DNA of 63,801 nucleotides, the filler included, from Stramenopiles sp. TOSAG23-6 (lineage: Eukaryota): assembly GCA_900128565.1 (NCBI GenBank). It is 10 parts of 10 records of this genome, joined end to end, with 100 filler letters (N's around TTAATTAATTAA, not from the genome) between each part and the next. Parts side by side here need not be neighbours in the genome. Positions count along the whole stretch, not along the records: positions 29,156 to 38,720 come from LT636364.1; positions 38,821 to 48,352 come from LT636365.1; 8 more parts are not named here. One strand, written 5' to 3'. The translations under genes and the position numbers were made by a program. The notes beneath the pieces are model-generated. The model saw only the letters and a program-made list of their open reading frames with translations. It ran no database searches and was not told the origin of the DNA. Of the stretch, positions 33,663 through 45,836 are shown in pieces (the stretch's first letter is position 1; every line of letters starts with the position of its first letter).

Positions 33663-34379
33663 TTATTTTTTAGGTATTTTTTTTTTCGGCATTTTTTTTA
33701 CATTTTTCTTTATTTTCTTTGGCATTTTTTTAACAATAAGAGGCTTATACCGACTATTTGGTGTAAAATTCTGTGTATTTTCAGGACAGCGCCTTTTATT
33801 ACATCGTTTTGGTTTTGTGACAGGTCTTGTAATAGATGGGTACAATGAATTTGGCCTACGTTTGACGATTCTTTTTATTACAGACTTTGGTTTAGGTAAA
33901 GACTTGTTTTTTTCCTGTTCAAAATCGTTTTTACATCTCTTGTTGGCAGAGCGTTTTCTATTAAGATGTGCATTATCATCAACTTTGAATTTTTGATTGA
34001 TTCGATTACGGCGCTCGAGAGCTGGGCGCACTAAGTCTTTCCATTTCTTCAGTAATTTGAGTGATAGATTCTCTATTTCTTCCAGTATTGTCTTTTCCTT
34101 TGTTTTTTCAAGATCAGAGCCCAATTTTTTTATGACACTCTTGGGTTTAGAACGATTTCTTTTCACTATTCCCTTTACTATTCGTCCTAATTGGGTACTT
34201 TCAAGTAGTTCCAAGCTGATATATTGTTTAGAAAGTTGCTGTAATGCCTCCAATATTTCCGATTCCAACGTGGCTTCAACGAGCTTCATCTTTAGAGCAA
34301 TGATATCTTCTACAACAACAACTTTACCCAAACGCTCAAGAGGTCCACGTGCACGGTCTGCAGAACGAGATGAAAACAT
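33663..34379 (-). CDS. TFIIS N-terminal (Med26/elongin A-like) domain protein with basic tail
   Basis: ILEALQQLSKQYISLELLESTQLGRIVKGI...SLKLLKKWKDLV. Confidence 0.65.
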   Translation of the reverse strand: MFSSRSADRARGPLERLGKVVVVEDIIALKMKLVEATLESEILEALQQLSKQYISLELLESTQLGRIVKGIVKRNRSKPKSVIKKLGSDLEKTKEKTILEEIENLSLKLLKKWKDLVRPALERRNRINQKFKVDDNAHLNRKRSANKRCKNDFEQEKNKSLPKPKSVIKRIVKRRPNSLYPSITRPVTKPKRCNKRRCPENTQNFTPNSRYKPLIVKKMPKKIKKNVKKMPKKKIPKK

Positions 34380-34714
34380 TTGGCGTAATAAAGTTACTAA
34401 AAATGTCAAAACATTGTCAAATTTACCAAAGGACAATCTTGAAATTTTTGTTTAAACAACAAAATGGGTAGCAGAATTTTTCAAGTGCGACCTTTGAGGA
34501 TGACCGTCGCGACGATGATGAGATGACGTCATTTTATTGATACGTATTATATAATATACAGACCTGCTTGATTTTCTCTGTTCGAGATAATTTTGTTCGA
34601 ATTTGTTGTGGGTACCCAGTACAGTCGTACTAGGTAGTAGCATCATTTACACATAGGAAATATATTATAATATAGCTAGCTAGTGACACAATTAGTTATT
34701 TATTCAGTATTTTC

Positions 34715-35215
34715 ATGATTTCAAGAGAAGAAAAGTATGCTGAATTGAAAAAGGTCTGCACCATACTCTTTTTTGTCGCTTTCTTCGAGTCTATTTTGCT
34801 TATTTTCATTGAGCTTCTAAAGTTGGATACAAGCCCAGACTGTGCACGCTTTTTTATAGCTTTGGGCAGACTAGGTTTGATAAATACGTCAGTGAAACTT
34901 ATTATTTCCTCAGTAATAAGTGCAGTAATCATGCAGTTTTCCAAACATCTTAATGAAATGGTGCTAAATGTTGGAATTCTCTCGCTGTCTTTGTGTTTAC
35001 TTTCTCAATTGTTTGAGTACTATCTCCTAATAAAAATGTTACTATTTGGTCCCAGCGGTATCACATATGCGCTATATTTTTCTAATACAGTAGTTTTTGC
35101 TTCAATTTGTGCTCATGCATTAAAACTTGCAATTCATGTTCGTAAGCAACGTGACATGAATGTTATACCAATCCAGGAATTGAAACTTCTTGATGTTAAA
35201 AAAAATAAAATATAA
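34715..35215 (+). CDS. Small 4-TM membrane protein, unknown function
   Basis: 166-aa ORF with four hydrophobic segments. Confidence 0.45.
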   Translation: MISREEKYAELKKVCTILFFVAFFESILLIFIELLKLDTSPDCARFFIALGRLGLINTSVKLIISSVISAVIMQFSKHLNEMVLNVGILSLSLCLLSQLFEYYLLIKMLLFGPSGITYALYFSNTVVFASICAHALKLAIHVRKQRDMNVIPIQELKLLDVKKNKI

Positions 35216-35324
35216 ATTTATCATTGTACAAAAAAATGGTACAAATCTCACACACAAAAATTTCAAATTTTTTTTTTTCTGTTAGGTATGAAATTTCGTA
35301 CAAAAAAAGAAATACTTTTTCGTT

Positions 35325-37241
35325 TTAAAACACTGGAGATATATCAATATGTTTATCCCAGAAATCACATTGACGCTGACGAAGATCAGCTATAGGTACA
35401 ATACCAATTTCATTTGTGTTAAAACCATCAAATTGAAGTGCAATTTCTTGTGTTGTATTCAAAAATTCCGGCCATATACTGTGATAGTGACCAAATGAGT
35501 TTCTTACTTGAGGTTTTCCCGTCATTGCAAATGTTCTCCACATTGTTGACATTTTCTTAGAAAGTTTTTTTTCTTTTGTTCCATGAATTTGAGATAATGT
35601 TTGACCATGTGGCGCTTTAGTAACATGAAATGTAAATGGAATATCATCTGCATGAGATGCACCTTGACCAGGAGGACTTGCCACTGGTACATGTGAAAAG
35701 TAGTACCAAAATGCTGAAGTTTCGTTCAATTTATTATTAGGAATTGATGAAGAGAACCACCTGGCAGCTCTCCTGGCTGGACAAGTTTCTTCACTATCTG
35801 CTAGTAAATGAATAAGTCCCCAATAATATCTAGAATATTCATCACCTTGATTTCCAGGATTTCGTTGTTCCTCTGGGGGATATAAATCAACTATTTGTGC
35901 TGTTAGGGTTTTATTACCAAATGAGATCATTTCATCTATAAAGTTGAAAAATGTATTGTGAAAAAATATTTTTTACTTCTTGGTATACAAAAATTTGTTA
36001 GGTACAAAAATTTTGTAGTAAAATTTTTTGTTTTTACATTCATGATGAAAAAAAAAATGTTTAGGTACAAAATTTCGTACCAAAAAAAAAACTAAAATAA
36101 AATAAAAATAAAACGTACATTCAGTTTTAGTACAATTTGTATTAAAATCTGGAAATGTGGAATCTTCAGCAACACTTCCTACAATTATAGACACGCCAGG
36201 AGCTCTATACTTTGATCCGCGTTGGGCTAGTTTCCATGGAACATCTAGAAGAGTTACACCATCAATCGTTGGAGAATACCCAGATGATGATTGCGCTTGG
36301 GCTTCTAAAAGCTTCTCTGTTGTGGTGTTGTGTCGAAGACAGTGCAAGACATTTCGATGAGTTTTGCTCTCACAATTAGTATATTTTACTACGCGGTCAA
36401 AATCTTCATTGGTGCTGATCCAATCATTTGATATCCACGTCGCAAATGCACCTGATTGAAGTGAAGCGCGGGAAAATGTACCCCATGAATTTTTACTTAC
36501 TAGATGAACTGAGACACTGCCAGCACCAGCACTCTCCCCACTTAGTAATATTTGACTAGAATCACCACCAAAAGCAGAAATATGTCTTTTTACCCATTGC
36601 ATAGCTAAGCGTTGGTCAAGTATTCCCCAATTACCACTTGATCCTACATCATCAGGGTAAGGGCTATAGTTTTTAATATTCATAGTATTATTTCCAGGAC
36701 CAGCACGTAGAGTCTCTCCACCAAGGAAACCAAATATTCCAAGCCGGTAATTTATAGTAACTATTACAAATCCAGCATCTAATTTATCTGCAAGCTCAAC
36801 CGCAAATGTTCCATTTAGTCTTGCTTCATTACTGGATCCTCCGGTAAAACCACCACCATGAATATATACCATGACAGGTGCAGGAGGTCTAGATCTAGAA
36901 GCCTTTTGAGTGGGACAATAAATGTTTAGGGTTAGGCATGACTCATCAAAGCGAACTCCATCTGGTGGTTTGAAATCAGGCGTTTGCATGCAGCTCGATC
37001 CATATGACGTTGCATTAAATACAGCGTGTCCATATTGATACTCACTGTCCCACGTTTTAGGAATTGGTGGACTGAAACGAACGGGAGGTTCTGCATAAGG
37101 AATTCCTAAAAACATTTCATAATGTGTAGAAGAAAGACCTCGTAATGTACCAATATTAGGTACTTTAACGTCAACGAAAAAGGCACCATTTAAAGAAAAC
37201 CAATTCAAAAGATATAGCAACGTAGAGATCAAAGTTTTCAT
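35325..37241 (-). CDS. Type-B carboxylesterase (secreted); GT-AT intron 36118-35951
   Basis: Signal peptide, FLGIPYAEPP, ESCLTLNI, HGGG, NYRLG, GESAG nucleophile elbow and GASHADDI; gaa t|GTACGT...aatacAT|tt ttc joins the two ORFs. Confidence 0.9.
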
Positions 37242-37524
37242 GCCAAAGTTTTATCACTTTGTTGAGAAGATAAGAATTGCTTATATAGTAAAGTACTTCC
37301 CTCTCATAATAATATAAAGATGAAAATTTAATTGAATGTCAACATCTGTCAACATCATTTTGAATGGGTGGTCAACGTCATTTTTGCCTAGAAAAACTCC
37401 GGACACGTGTTGAAAAAAAAGAGAATAAGCAGCTAGACTAGACTACATATTCTAAAAAGTACACTATTAAACTTAGTTTTTCATCGAAACAAAATATTCC
37501 GCGACAAAATTGCGTGAAATAATA

Positions 37525-38397
37525 ATGATCAAGAATAATCAAAAAGATTCATTTCAATTTGTAGCGACAAAAATAGGTGTATGTATTGTGATATTAGGTG
37601 CTTTGTTGCTTGTGCCACCTCTATCAAAACCAACATTAATAGAATATCCGTGCAATATCCAGAGAATTCAGCAAATAGATTTATCTTGGGAACGTTTCAA
37701 CGACGAGTTCTGGAACAAAGCCCCATTTATTTTGGTGACAGGTGTGGATTATAATGCGGAGCATCGTGAATTTACCTCACGTGAAAATATGATTCGCCGG
37801 TATGGGGACGAACTAGTACAACTTGGAACTGCGAATACGTACACTGGCAGAAAGAGGATAGTTCGCTCATTAGAAGAATATTTTTCATACATGAGTCTAG
37901 ACCAACCTGAAGAGAGAAGAGGAAATGAAACGTACTATCTGTTTGGAGATACGCCAGAACCATTTTGGCAGGAAGTTCTTGAGAAATATAAAGCTCCTAT
38001 TTTCTCCAATCCAAATGTCCCATCACCACCAAGACCAGCGCAACTTTTAGCGAGAACGTTAGCTATAGGTTTTGGAGGTAAATATAGTGGAGTACCATTT
38101 CATACACATGGTCCTGGATGGTCGGAAGTTTTACATGGAAAGAAGCAGTGGTTTCTCGTACCGCATTATTTTGGCCAAGAAAAGGAATCTCAATTTAATT
38201 CATTTGACACCGAAGCGTCTCAGTTCCAGTGGTATCAATCTAATAATTACACAGATTTTGAATTTAATGAAAAAGGGCGACATGAGTTATTTCAGTGTGT
38301 GATTCAACCAGGTGAAGCTCTCTACTTTCCATCACAATGGTTTCATGGTACACTAAATCTTGATCCTTATACAGTGTTTGTTAGTAGCTTCACGTAA
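37525..38397 (+). CDS. JMJD8: JmjC-domain protein, JMJD8-like
   Basis: VQLGTANTYTG, GNETYYLFGD, SGVPFHTHGPGWSEVLHGKKQWFL and PGEALYFPSQWFHGTLNLD. Confidence 0.75.
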   Translation: MIKNNQKDSFQFVATKIGVCIVILGALLLVPPLSKPTLIEYPCNIQRIQQIDLSWERFNDEFWNKAPFILVTGVDYNAEHREFTSRENMIRRYGDELVQLGTANTYTGRKRIVRSLEEYFSYMSLDQPEERRGNETYYLFGDTPEPFWQEVLEKYKAPIFSNPNVPSPPRPAQLLARTLAIGFGGKYSGVPFHTHGPGWSEVLHGKKQWFLVPHYFGQEKESQFNSFDTEASQFQWYQSNNYTDFEFNEKGRHELFQCVIQPGEALYFPSQWFHGTLNLDPYTVFVSSFT

Positions 38398-38556
38398 TTA
38401 TGACAGAAAGAAACTTCTCACGAAAAACAAAAAAATCTAAATAAATTGAAAAACTAGAATTGTTTCATTTTAATTCTCAAAAATCACTGGAACTATATTC
38501 TGTGTTCCCCTTTTAAAATGTAAAAGGGCAAAACTTTTATAAACCAATATGGATGT

Positions 38557-38720
38557 TTACACTGTTGGTGTAGAATACCAATCTTGGAACTCTTCAAAAG
38601 TCAACATACCATCTTCATCAACATCGGCTTCATCAAAGGCTTGGCGGGCAGTAACATCCGCCAGTTCTTCTGGACTGACTCCACCCATACGTTCTAATGT
38701 ACCTGGTTGAGTTTCATACA
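38557..38720 (-). CDS. C-terminal fragment of an EF-hand protein
   Basis: SPEELADVTARQAFDEADVDEDGMLTFEEFQDWY then stop. Confidence 0.7.
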
Positions 38721-38918
38721 NNNNNNNNNNNNNNNNNNNNNNNNNNNNNNNNNNNNNNNNNNNNTTAATTAATTAANNNNNNNNNNNNNNNNNNNNNNNN
38801 NNNNNNNNNNNNNNNNNNNNTAATGTATTTTGTAAAAATATTTCAAAAAAAAAAAAAAAAATTGTTAGGTACAAAATTTTCAAAAAAAAAAAATCATACA
38901 AAAAAAATTAAAACATAC

Positions 38919-39973
38919 ATTGTATCTGTAGGTAAATGACTCTTAATTTTTTCACACTCGAATTCAAATAATTCGATCGCTGAAGAAACAGCAGATTCAG
39001 CTTGGGCATGCATTGCAGATTCCCAAGCATCAGACAATTGAGGGACACCACCCGAATTTATTGCCTCGACATAAGTACGCAATAACGCGACTAATCCAGA
39101 TCCATCTATAGCGGTTCCGGCAACTCGTTTTGGAATTAGATGTTTGAACAATTTTACACGTAAAATTTTGATTTGCTCAAGAAACTCTCTTCGCAAGTTC
39201 TTTGAAAGTTCATCGTGACTCATTTTATCCATATTTTGTAGAGTTTCTTCGTCTTTAGCAGGTAATACTAGTGTATAACAACTACGATCCTGAAAAAATT
39301 TCTTTAACATATTACATGTACGATTCCGAACCATCGTAGCAGCACCAAAGCCATTTTTGTTGCGAAGAGCCTGTTCCATGTAGTCATCAGGCGAAATCGG
39401 ATTCTTCTCCGAATTCTCCAAACGAAGCATGAAGTCACGCAACACCCAAATAAAAGAGGGAGCAATGTCGGAAGAATTAACAAGCATGCCATGCTCATTA
39501 TCCTTACTTAAATTATCTTTCAACAACTTTGACAAACTTCCTACAAACGTAAGCTTTTGTATACTCTTTTCATTGATTGCTGCTGTTGAGTTGTAAATCA
39601 AACGACTCGAGATTAAGGTAGAAAGTGTAAACATTTGATTGTCCATGTCTGTGTTACTGTCTGTTGCTCCGAGACCTTCAGTATCCATTACAAGCACAAC
39701 ACCTTTAGAACCATCGTCAAAAGTGACATCTATTGGTTGATCATATAACCAAATACCTTTAGTACAAGCTTTCACAGTATGTCCTACCTCAAAACAAGGT
39801 CGTTCGAGAAGATGATTCACAAGGAAAGATTTCCCACTACGATATGCCCCAGTGATGGCTACAACAGCTACGTTATCTCGCATACTTGATAAAAATGTGA
39901 CGGCATCCTCATTCACGACAAATTTACCCTCTGCATCATATTGAACAAGACTGATGGATCCTCCCGCAGCCAT
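38919..39973 (-). CDS. Guanylate-binding protein (GBP/atlastin family) GTPase, first exon; followed by GT-AT element 38918-38823
   Basis: GAYRSGKSFL, CTKGIW, DTEG, LIYNS and WVLRDF motifs. Confidence 0.88.
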
Positions 39974-40289
39974 ATTTCTTCAATGATTATTGAATATTTT
40001 AATCTAATCTCAAAATTGTCTATTCCAAATACGTAGTGATTACGAGAGATAGCCGATAAGCGAATATTATATAGCCTAATATTTATATATCCATGGAATG
40101 GATCAGAATTGATCAATCACCGCGAAAAAATGACTTGATCGATGCGCGGGTTTTGCGGTTTGAAAAAAGAGTCAGCTGAGTTATACGTAGTACGCATAAG
40201 CCAAAATAGCTATCCCAGTTAGTGAAAGGGTACCCTTAATTACAACCAACCAACCATTTATTCTCCTTCATTTATTTTTGTACACAATT

Positions 40290-41639
40290 ATGCACATTCG
40301 GTTTAAAAAGAATCATCTAATTGTATTACTTATTGTATTTATGCTATCAAATGCTGGGGTGTGTACAAAAATAACAGAAAAAACAGGTTCTTGTCTGTTT
40401 GGTAATTGCGTTCGTCTTCTGGGTTTATTATTAGGAGCTGGTGCTTCTACTGAAGTTACCAACGACACCTCGAGTTTCACAGAAGACGCCACAAATGTGA
40501 AAATTGAAAGTATATCTGGGAGTATAGCCCAGAGTATGGCCCGAAGTGTCAAAGAACTCAAAGATATACCAAGAATGCCAGCTGATGAAGGGTTGCAACG
40601 CACCGCAACTCCACCATCCTCAAGTTTCGCGTTACGAGAAAGAGGAAGAATACAACGAGAATTCCTAAATAGTCCATATTTGATAAGATCACCAAAACTA
40701 AGGTCTTCGGTTCCATATCCGCTATCCCGCATTTCAAAGCAAACCTTTGCCAACGTAATGAAAAGAAACTCTAAGGGATACACAGGAGATTATATCGAAA
40801 AAATCTTTGAAAAATATGATTTGGACAAAAGTGGGGATATTTCTTATGGAGAGGCAGCATTAGAAAAAACAAATTGTGAATCCAAGCCAAGTTTTTTACA
40901 GTTATTAGGACCATCAACCTTCGAAAAATTAGCTTCTATGAAAGACCCACAAAAGTTAAACTTTATTCGTTTAATTGATATACCGCCTATCTTTGCAAAT
41001 GTTGGTACCCGGGCTGATGTTACTATAAATTCAACTTCGATAGAAGCACTAATGGATTCCGCTGTAAAATTTCGCCAACAGTTTTTTTCGTTTCCCGCTA
41101 AAAACAAAGCTTTAATAAATCGTGTTGTTGAAACCCACATATTCATTTTTAAAGAAATTCCTGGTGCTGAACACACTGAAGATTTGAGGGAATATCTACT
41201 CGGACTTTCGAATGATGTTGTTTGCCCTTTCCTTAAAATGGGTACAATTACCGAAGATATGAAAGTTTTGGAAACTATGAAAGAAAGAATGACTATTCTT
41301 CTGGAATCGATGTTGGATTTGGAACAAATGGTTAGTAAGAAAAGGACCCTTGTTCGTCAAGGTGATCTAGTTGATTTTTTACAACTTCGCGAAGTTGCCA
41401 ACAAAACTTGGAATAAGATACACACAGTAGTTAAAGCAGTTACTGATCAATCTGGAAAAATCTTGAGTTATTTAGAAAGTAAATATAAGAAACGTTATGA
41501 AAAGCAACGCTCGCCTTCAAAGAAAGCGAAGTCAAAGGTAATACTTGAAATAATTCGTGGACAAAAAGTTGCTCATTCTAGATTATTGGATTACACAGAC
41601 ACTGCAAAAAAAAACGAAGAACGAGGCTTGTATGTTTAG
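40290..41639 (+). CDS. Hypothetical secreted or membrane protein with an EF-hand
   Basis: Hydrophobic N-terminus; FEKYDLDKSGDISYGE. Confidence 0.55.
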   Translation: MHIRFKKNHLIVLLIVFMLSNAGVCTKITEKTGSCLFGNCVRLLGLLLGAGASTEVTNDTSSFTEDATNVKIESISGSIAQSMARSVKELKDIPRMPADEGLQRTATPPSSSFALRERGRIQREFLNSPYLIRSPKLRSSVPYPLSRISKQTFANVMKRNSKGYTGDYIEKIFEKYDLDKSGDISYGEAALEKTNCESKPSFLQLLGPSTFEKLASMKDPQKLNFIRLIDIPPIFANVGTRADVTINSTSIEALMDSAVKFRQQFFSFPAKNKALINRVVETHIFIFKEIPGAEHTEDLREYLLGLSNDVVCPFLKMGTITEDMKVLETMKERMTILLESMLDLEQMVSKKRTLVRQGDLVDFLQLREVANKTWNKIHTVVKAVTDQSGKILSYLESKYKKRYEKQRSPSKKAKSKVILEIIRGQKVAHSRLLDYTDTAKKNEERGLYV

Positions 41640-41700
41640 GGTTTGTATGAGATTTGTATGATTAAAAAAATAAATTTATTCATCTAATTATATTTCTACA

Positions 41701-44060
41701 TCATCTAGAATCAAAATCATGTACATTAAATTGTGACGCGAGGCGTAATTGCTGCAGTTGAAGCGTCATGGATTCCACAACCCATATATCTTCACTACTC
41801 CACATAGTCATAGATGACTCTAATTGATCAGCATATTCTTTGTTGTTTCTAGCAAATTTACGCGCTTCACTAAGTGAGTTTAGTAAACCTGTATGAGTAT
41901 TACATGATATATGAGCAGCAATTTCTGTTGTAGCCAATATGGCACCAATACAATTGGCTCCTCGAGTTTTTGTCAGAGTAACAAGAATATTCGTTAGTCT
42001 CGGTAAAAGTGTAGCATGTGCAGTACAAAGTGCATCTGAGACCATGGGTTCATCTTCAATAAGAGCTGGTAAAGCAGGCAATAAAAAACACAATGGATCA
42101 ACTTTTGAAACATCTTGAAGTTTTGATCTTTTTGGGTTCCAGACAAAAAGAAACGGCATTGTTCTATTTACGTGTCCCCGTAATGAATTTGTTTCCTCCG
42201 CCAACCAACGTCCAATTGCTCTAATCGCGGCAACTAGTAAATGTTCTATCGTAGGTGAAAAGACATTTTTACAAACTGAACTTTTTCCGTTCTGCGTTGC
42301 TAACGCATTTTCCCGTTTTTCAAAAACTTTGGCTGCCTCTGATATGAAATCAAATACTAATTCCGCACAATGATTAAGTGTTTTTAGTAAATTATACTGA
42401 GCACCACTAGGAAGAGACGTCCATAGTTCATCACTATTGATATTTTCTTGAATGTTTTCATCATCATTATCTTCTTCTCCGCATAAAAATAAAATAACAA
42501 TCTCCATCGCTGCAAAACAAAACGGTAACATTGTAGTTACACGATTCTCCTGTAATGCGTTTAATAACTTCGGAGGCTCTGCGACGGCAGATACCGTAGA
42601 TTCGGCGGATGTACCATCTGGAACGGGTCTCATAGGTCGTTGCTCTACATTTATAGAATCCCCATCCAAATTGGACTTTTCATCATCTTCTTCATTTTCC
42701 GCTCGGGTTTTCATTATTTTTTCATTTGTTTTTCGCTTTCGCTCCTCCCAAAGCTTAACACTTACAGCGATACTTTCTTCAGATAGAGGATCTAATAAAG
42801 TCTCGGCATCATGTACATGTGAAAGAATATTTACATTCATTATTTTTTGTTAGATACATTTTTTTCATAGTACAAATTTTGGTACAAAAAAAATTACATT
42901 CAATTTTGAAAACGCACATCAAGCACCAGTTTCAAATCTATTGCTACTAATCTGAACCACAATTCAATGAACTGTCCCTTTTGTTCTAGATTAGCTTCTA
43001 GTATCCAAGATTGACCGCATTTTTGTAAAAGAGTTAGAATTAAACATAATGATTTATCTCGAATTCGGATAGGTAAACCACGAATTCTCAGTAATTGTAC
43101 GAGACCACTTCTCAAATTATATGCCCATTCTTTATATGTATGTTTGATTAAATGAATCGGTATAATTTTGACTAAAGTATCCAGAATAGCAAGAAAGGTC
43201 CATTGCATTGGCGTTTCAACATTTGCAAATATAAACACTACCTCATTGAATAAAGAAATGGGCGATTCCGCGCCTTTTGAAAATTGTTCAAAAGAACTGC
43301 GTTGTAATACATCTAATAACAGCATTGAGCCAATAGTGACAACTTCCTGACTTAAAGTATTATTTTCACTAACATTGTTCTCAGGAGATTTCGTATTCAT
43401 TTTATCACCAGAGGATTTCTCTTCCTTTTTTGGATTCTTCTTTCTATTGCTTGATACAGTTATGTTTTTAATCACACGTGATATACTGATAATAAGTGCA
43501 TTAATCGCAGCTGCATTAAGCACACGAAAAGAACAAGCAGGTGAACTTGAGACTAATGAGTTAAGACATACAAAGCAGTCACGCAATATCAGCAGTTCTT
43601 CTTTACAGGTAACAGGTGAATCGTGGACGATTTGTACAATACCTGGAATTATATCTGAAAATAGAGAAGCCACACGTTTATCCTCAAAAAACATAGAAAG
43701 AATATTCAGGGCTGTAGTTTTCTGTTCTTTGTCCTTACTATTAAACATTCGTCGTAGGAAAACTGGACCCATCGCTTTTAAAAGCTGACGGCGCACGTTT
43801 GCCAGAGGGACACCAAACTTGGACTGAAATGAAGATGAAGACTGATCAGTATTGGAAGTATCTGTATTCTCACTTGTACCCGTTGAAGATTCACTTAAAA
43901 ATGGCAGAATATACTTTGCAGCGAAAAGTAGACCGGCAATCTTATGTTCATCTGTACTTCCGCGAAGAAGAAGCAAACACTCTTTGAGAGAGGTTTTAGA
44001 GGCCACGACATTTGGTACTTTTGGTCGTGTCTGAGGCTCTTCATCCTTCGTGCTTCCCAT
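41701..44060 (-). CDS. NCDN: Neurochondrin family protein; GT-AT intron 42917-42811
   Basis: LKECLLLLRGSTDEHKIAGLL, AMGPVFLRRM, AIRAIGRWLAEETNSLR and FLLPAL; gat|GTGCGT...gtacAT|gat joins the ORFs in phase 0 (3' boundary could be 6 nt upstream). Confidence 0.75.
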
Positions 44061-44399
44061 TTTAGATCACGAGATTGTAGCTTTAATAGATTCTCACAGG
44101 AACACCAATTATGGGAACAACACTAGTCAATATTATTACCTTTAGTGATAATAATCTCTCTATTATACTGTATAGGTAATTCGCTGCTTTCGAAAGGTTC
44201 TACCTGGTGGTACAAGTACTAATAGCCTTGTCCGATACAGCCGGCCACTGGACCACTATTTCGATTTTTGCTTTGACATTTTGACACGTGGCTTTCGCTT
44301 TCTTTTTTCTGTTTTTTTTTGATTGGCGTTGGTTGTGTTTTTTTTGTTGATCAAAACAATCATAAATATATTATATAATAATATTTCGTTGTGTAAAAG

Positions 44400-45650
44400 A
44401 TGTCGACAGTCATAATGCGATCATTGGTTTTATTTTTAACATTTGCAGTGGTAACTGCAGTCTCAGTGAGACTTGCAATGAACAAATCTGCGCTTGTGGT
44501 TCCGTTTGCTTCTTCTTTCGTTAATCTCCCACCGTCACCAACTGAAACACCTCCCTTGGACGATTCTGATGTTGCCTTGATACTGAGACGTGTATTCATC
44601 CTTCCAACAAATGCTGTATCTACTAAGAAGTTACCACAAGGCAATATTTTCCATAGACCGAATAAACTTGTTCTATTTGCTATTGATTCCCTGAGTATGG
44701 ATGTGGCACAGGAATTACAACTTGATAACTTATTGTCGGGAACTGCTTTACCTGTTTCATCAGAGAAAAGTCTCTCGACCCAAACTATGGTACGGGACGT
44801 TGCTGATGATTTACGTGTCTATTTCGAAAATGAAGAAGCATTTATCTGTATTTCTGGTTCAATGAGTGTCATGGCTTCTTGCAATTCAAAAAAATCCTAT
44901 CGTTTAATTTCTGAAATTCTGGAGCAAGTTACTGCTGATTCAATCCTTTCTTCAGATCTTTGGGATACTCTGAAAAACAAAGGAGGCTCTATAGATATTA
45001 TAGACAATGAAGTTATTATCCACTCAGCAAATGGCGATTCATTTTACTTATCTTTAAATGATGAAAATCATCGCTTCTTTTTTGAGGAGTTGGCATTACT
45101 TTCTTCTCCAAAAGTGTTTTCTATTTTTGAAGATGCTGTTGGTGAAAATGATAAAATACCTACTTTTGTATATATGAAAGTATCATGCTTATCATCGATG
45201 GAACCATCTGCTCGTCGTGGCGCGGCAGTCTTGCTAGACAGTGCATTCCATGTGATAAAAGGAAAAAATAAGATCAAAACAAAACACGCCATTGATGATG
45301 TTTGGTTGACACTTTTAAACGCTTTTACAACGAATGAATATTCCAACCATAATCCTGTTCGAATATCAGCCACATCTCGTCATTTACTTGCCAAGAAAAA
45401 TACTTTACAAGCAAACAACGGTCTACTAAAAAATTTGGATGCTCCTACACCAACACCTTCTCCAGTGAAAGATTCATTTAAGTTTGACGCAGAGTGGCAA
45501 TCTTTTCAACTCCAATTATGGACAATGATAGGCCTTTTCATTATTGGATACTCTTCTTCATACATGTTATATAATCTAGATTATGGACACGATGACTCTG
45601 GACTTTTTTCAAAGTTTAAGCCAGATAATAGCGACATGGGAAATATGTAG
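44400..45650 (+). CDS. Type I membrane protein resembling renin receptor/V-ATPase accessory protein ATP6AP2
   Basis: Signal peptide; C-terminal FQLQLWTMIGLFIIGYSSSYMLYNLDYGHDDSGLFSKF. Confidence 0.55.
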   Translation: MSTVIMRSLVLFLTFAVVTAVSVRLAMNKSALVVPFASSFVNLPPSPTETPPLDDSDVALILRRVFILPTNAVSTKKLPQGNIFHRPNKLVLFAIDSLSMDVAQELQLDNLLSGTALPVSSEKSLSTQTMVRDVADDLRVYFENEEAFICISGSMSVMASCNSKKSYRLISEILEQVTADSILSSDLWDTLKNKGGSIDIIDNEVIIHSANGDSFYLSLNDENHRFFFEELALLSSPKVFSIFEDAVGENDKIPTFVYMKVSCLSSMEPSARRGAAVLLDSAFHVIKGKNKIKTKHAIDDVWLTLLNAFTTNEYSNHNPVRISATSRHLLAKKNTLQANNGLLKNLDAPTPTPSPVKDSFKFDAEWQSFQLQLWTMIGLFIIGYSSSYMLYNLDYGHDDSGLFSKFKPDNSDMGNM

Positions 45651-45836
45651 ATAAGTTTTAGGTGATTTTTTGGTATGTACGGCGTGTCAATACAATAATT
45701 GTGACTATACAATGGCAAATTCATAAAAAAAAACAATGTAAACTGTTGAAAGTATAGAAGTTATTGTACTAAGAACAAAATAATTTAATTTTCAAATAAA
45801 TAGGGCACAATCACCTTAAAAACAAAAACTCCAATA

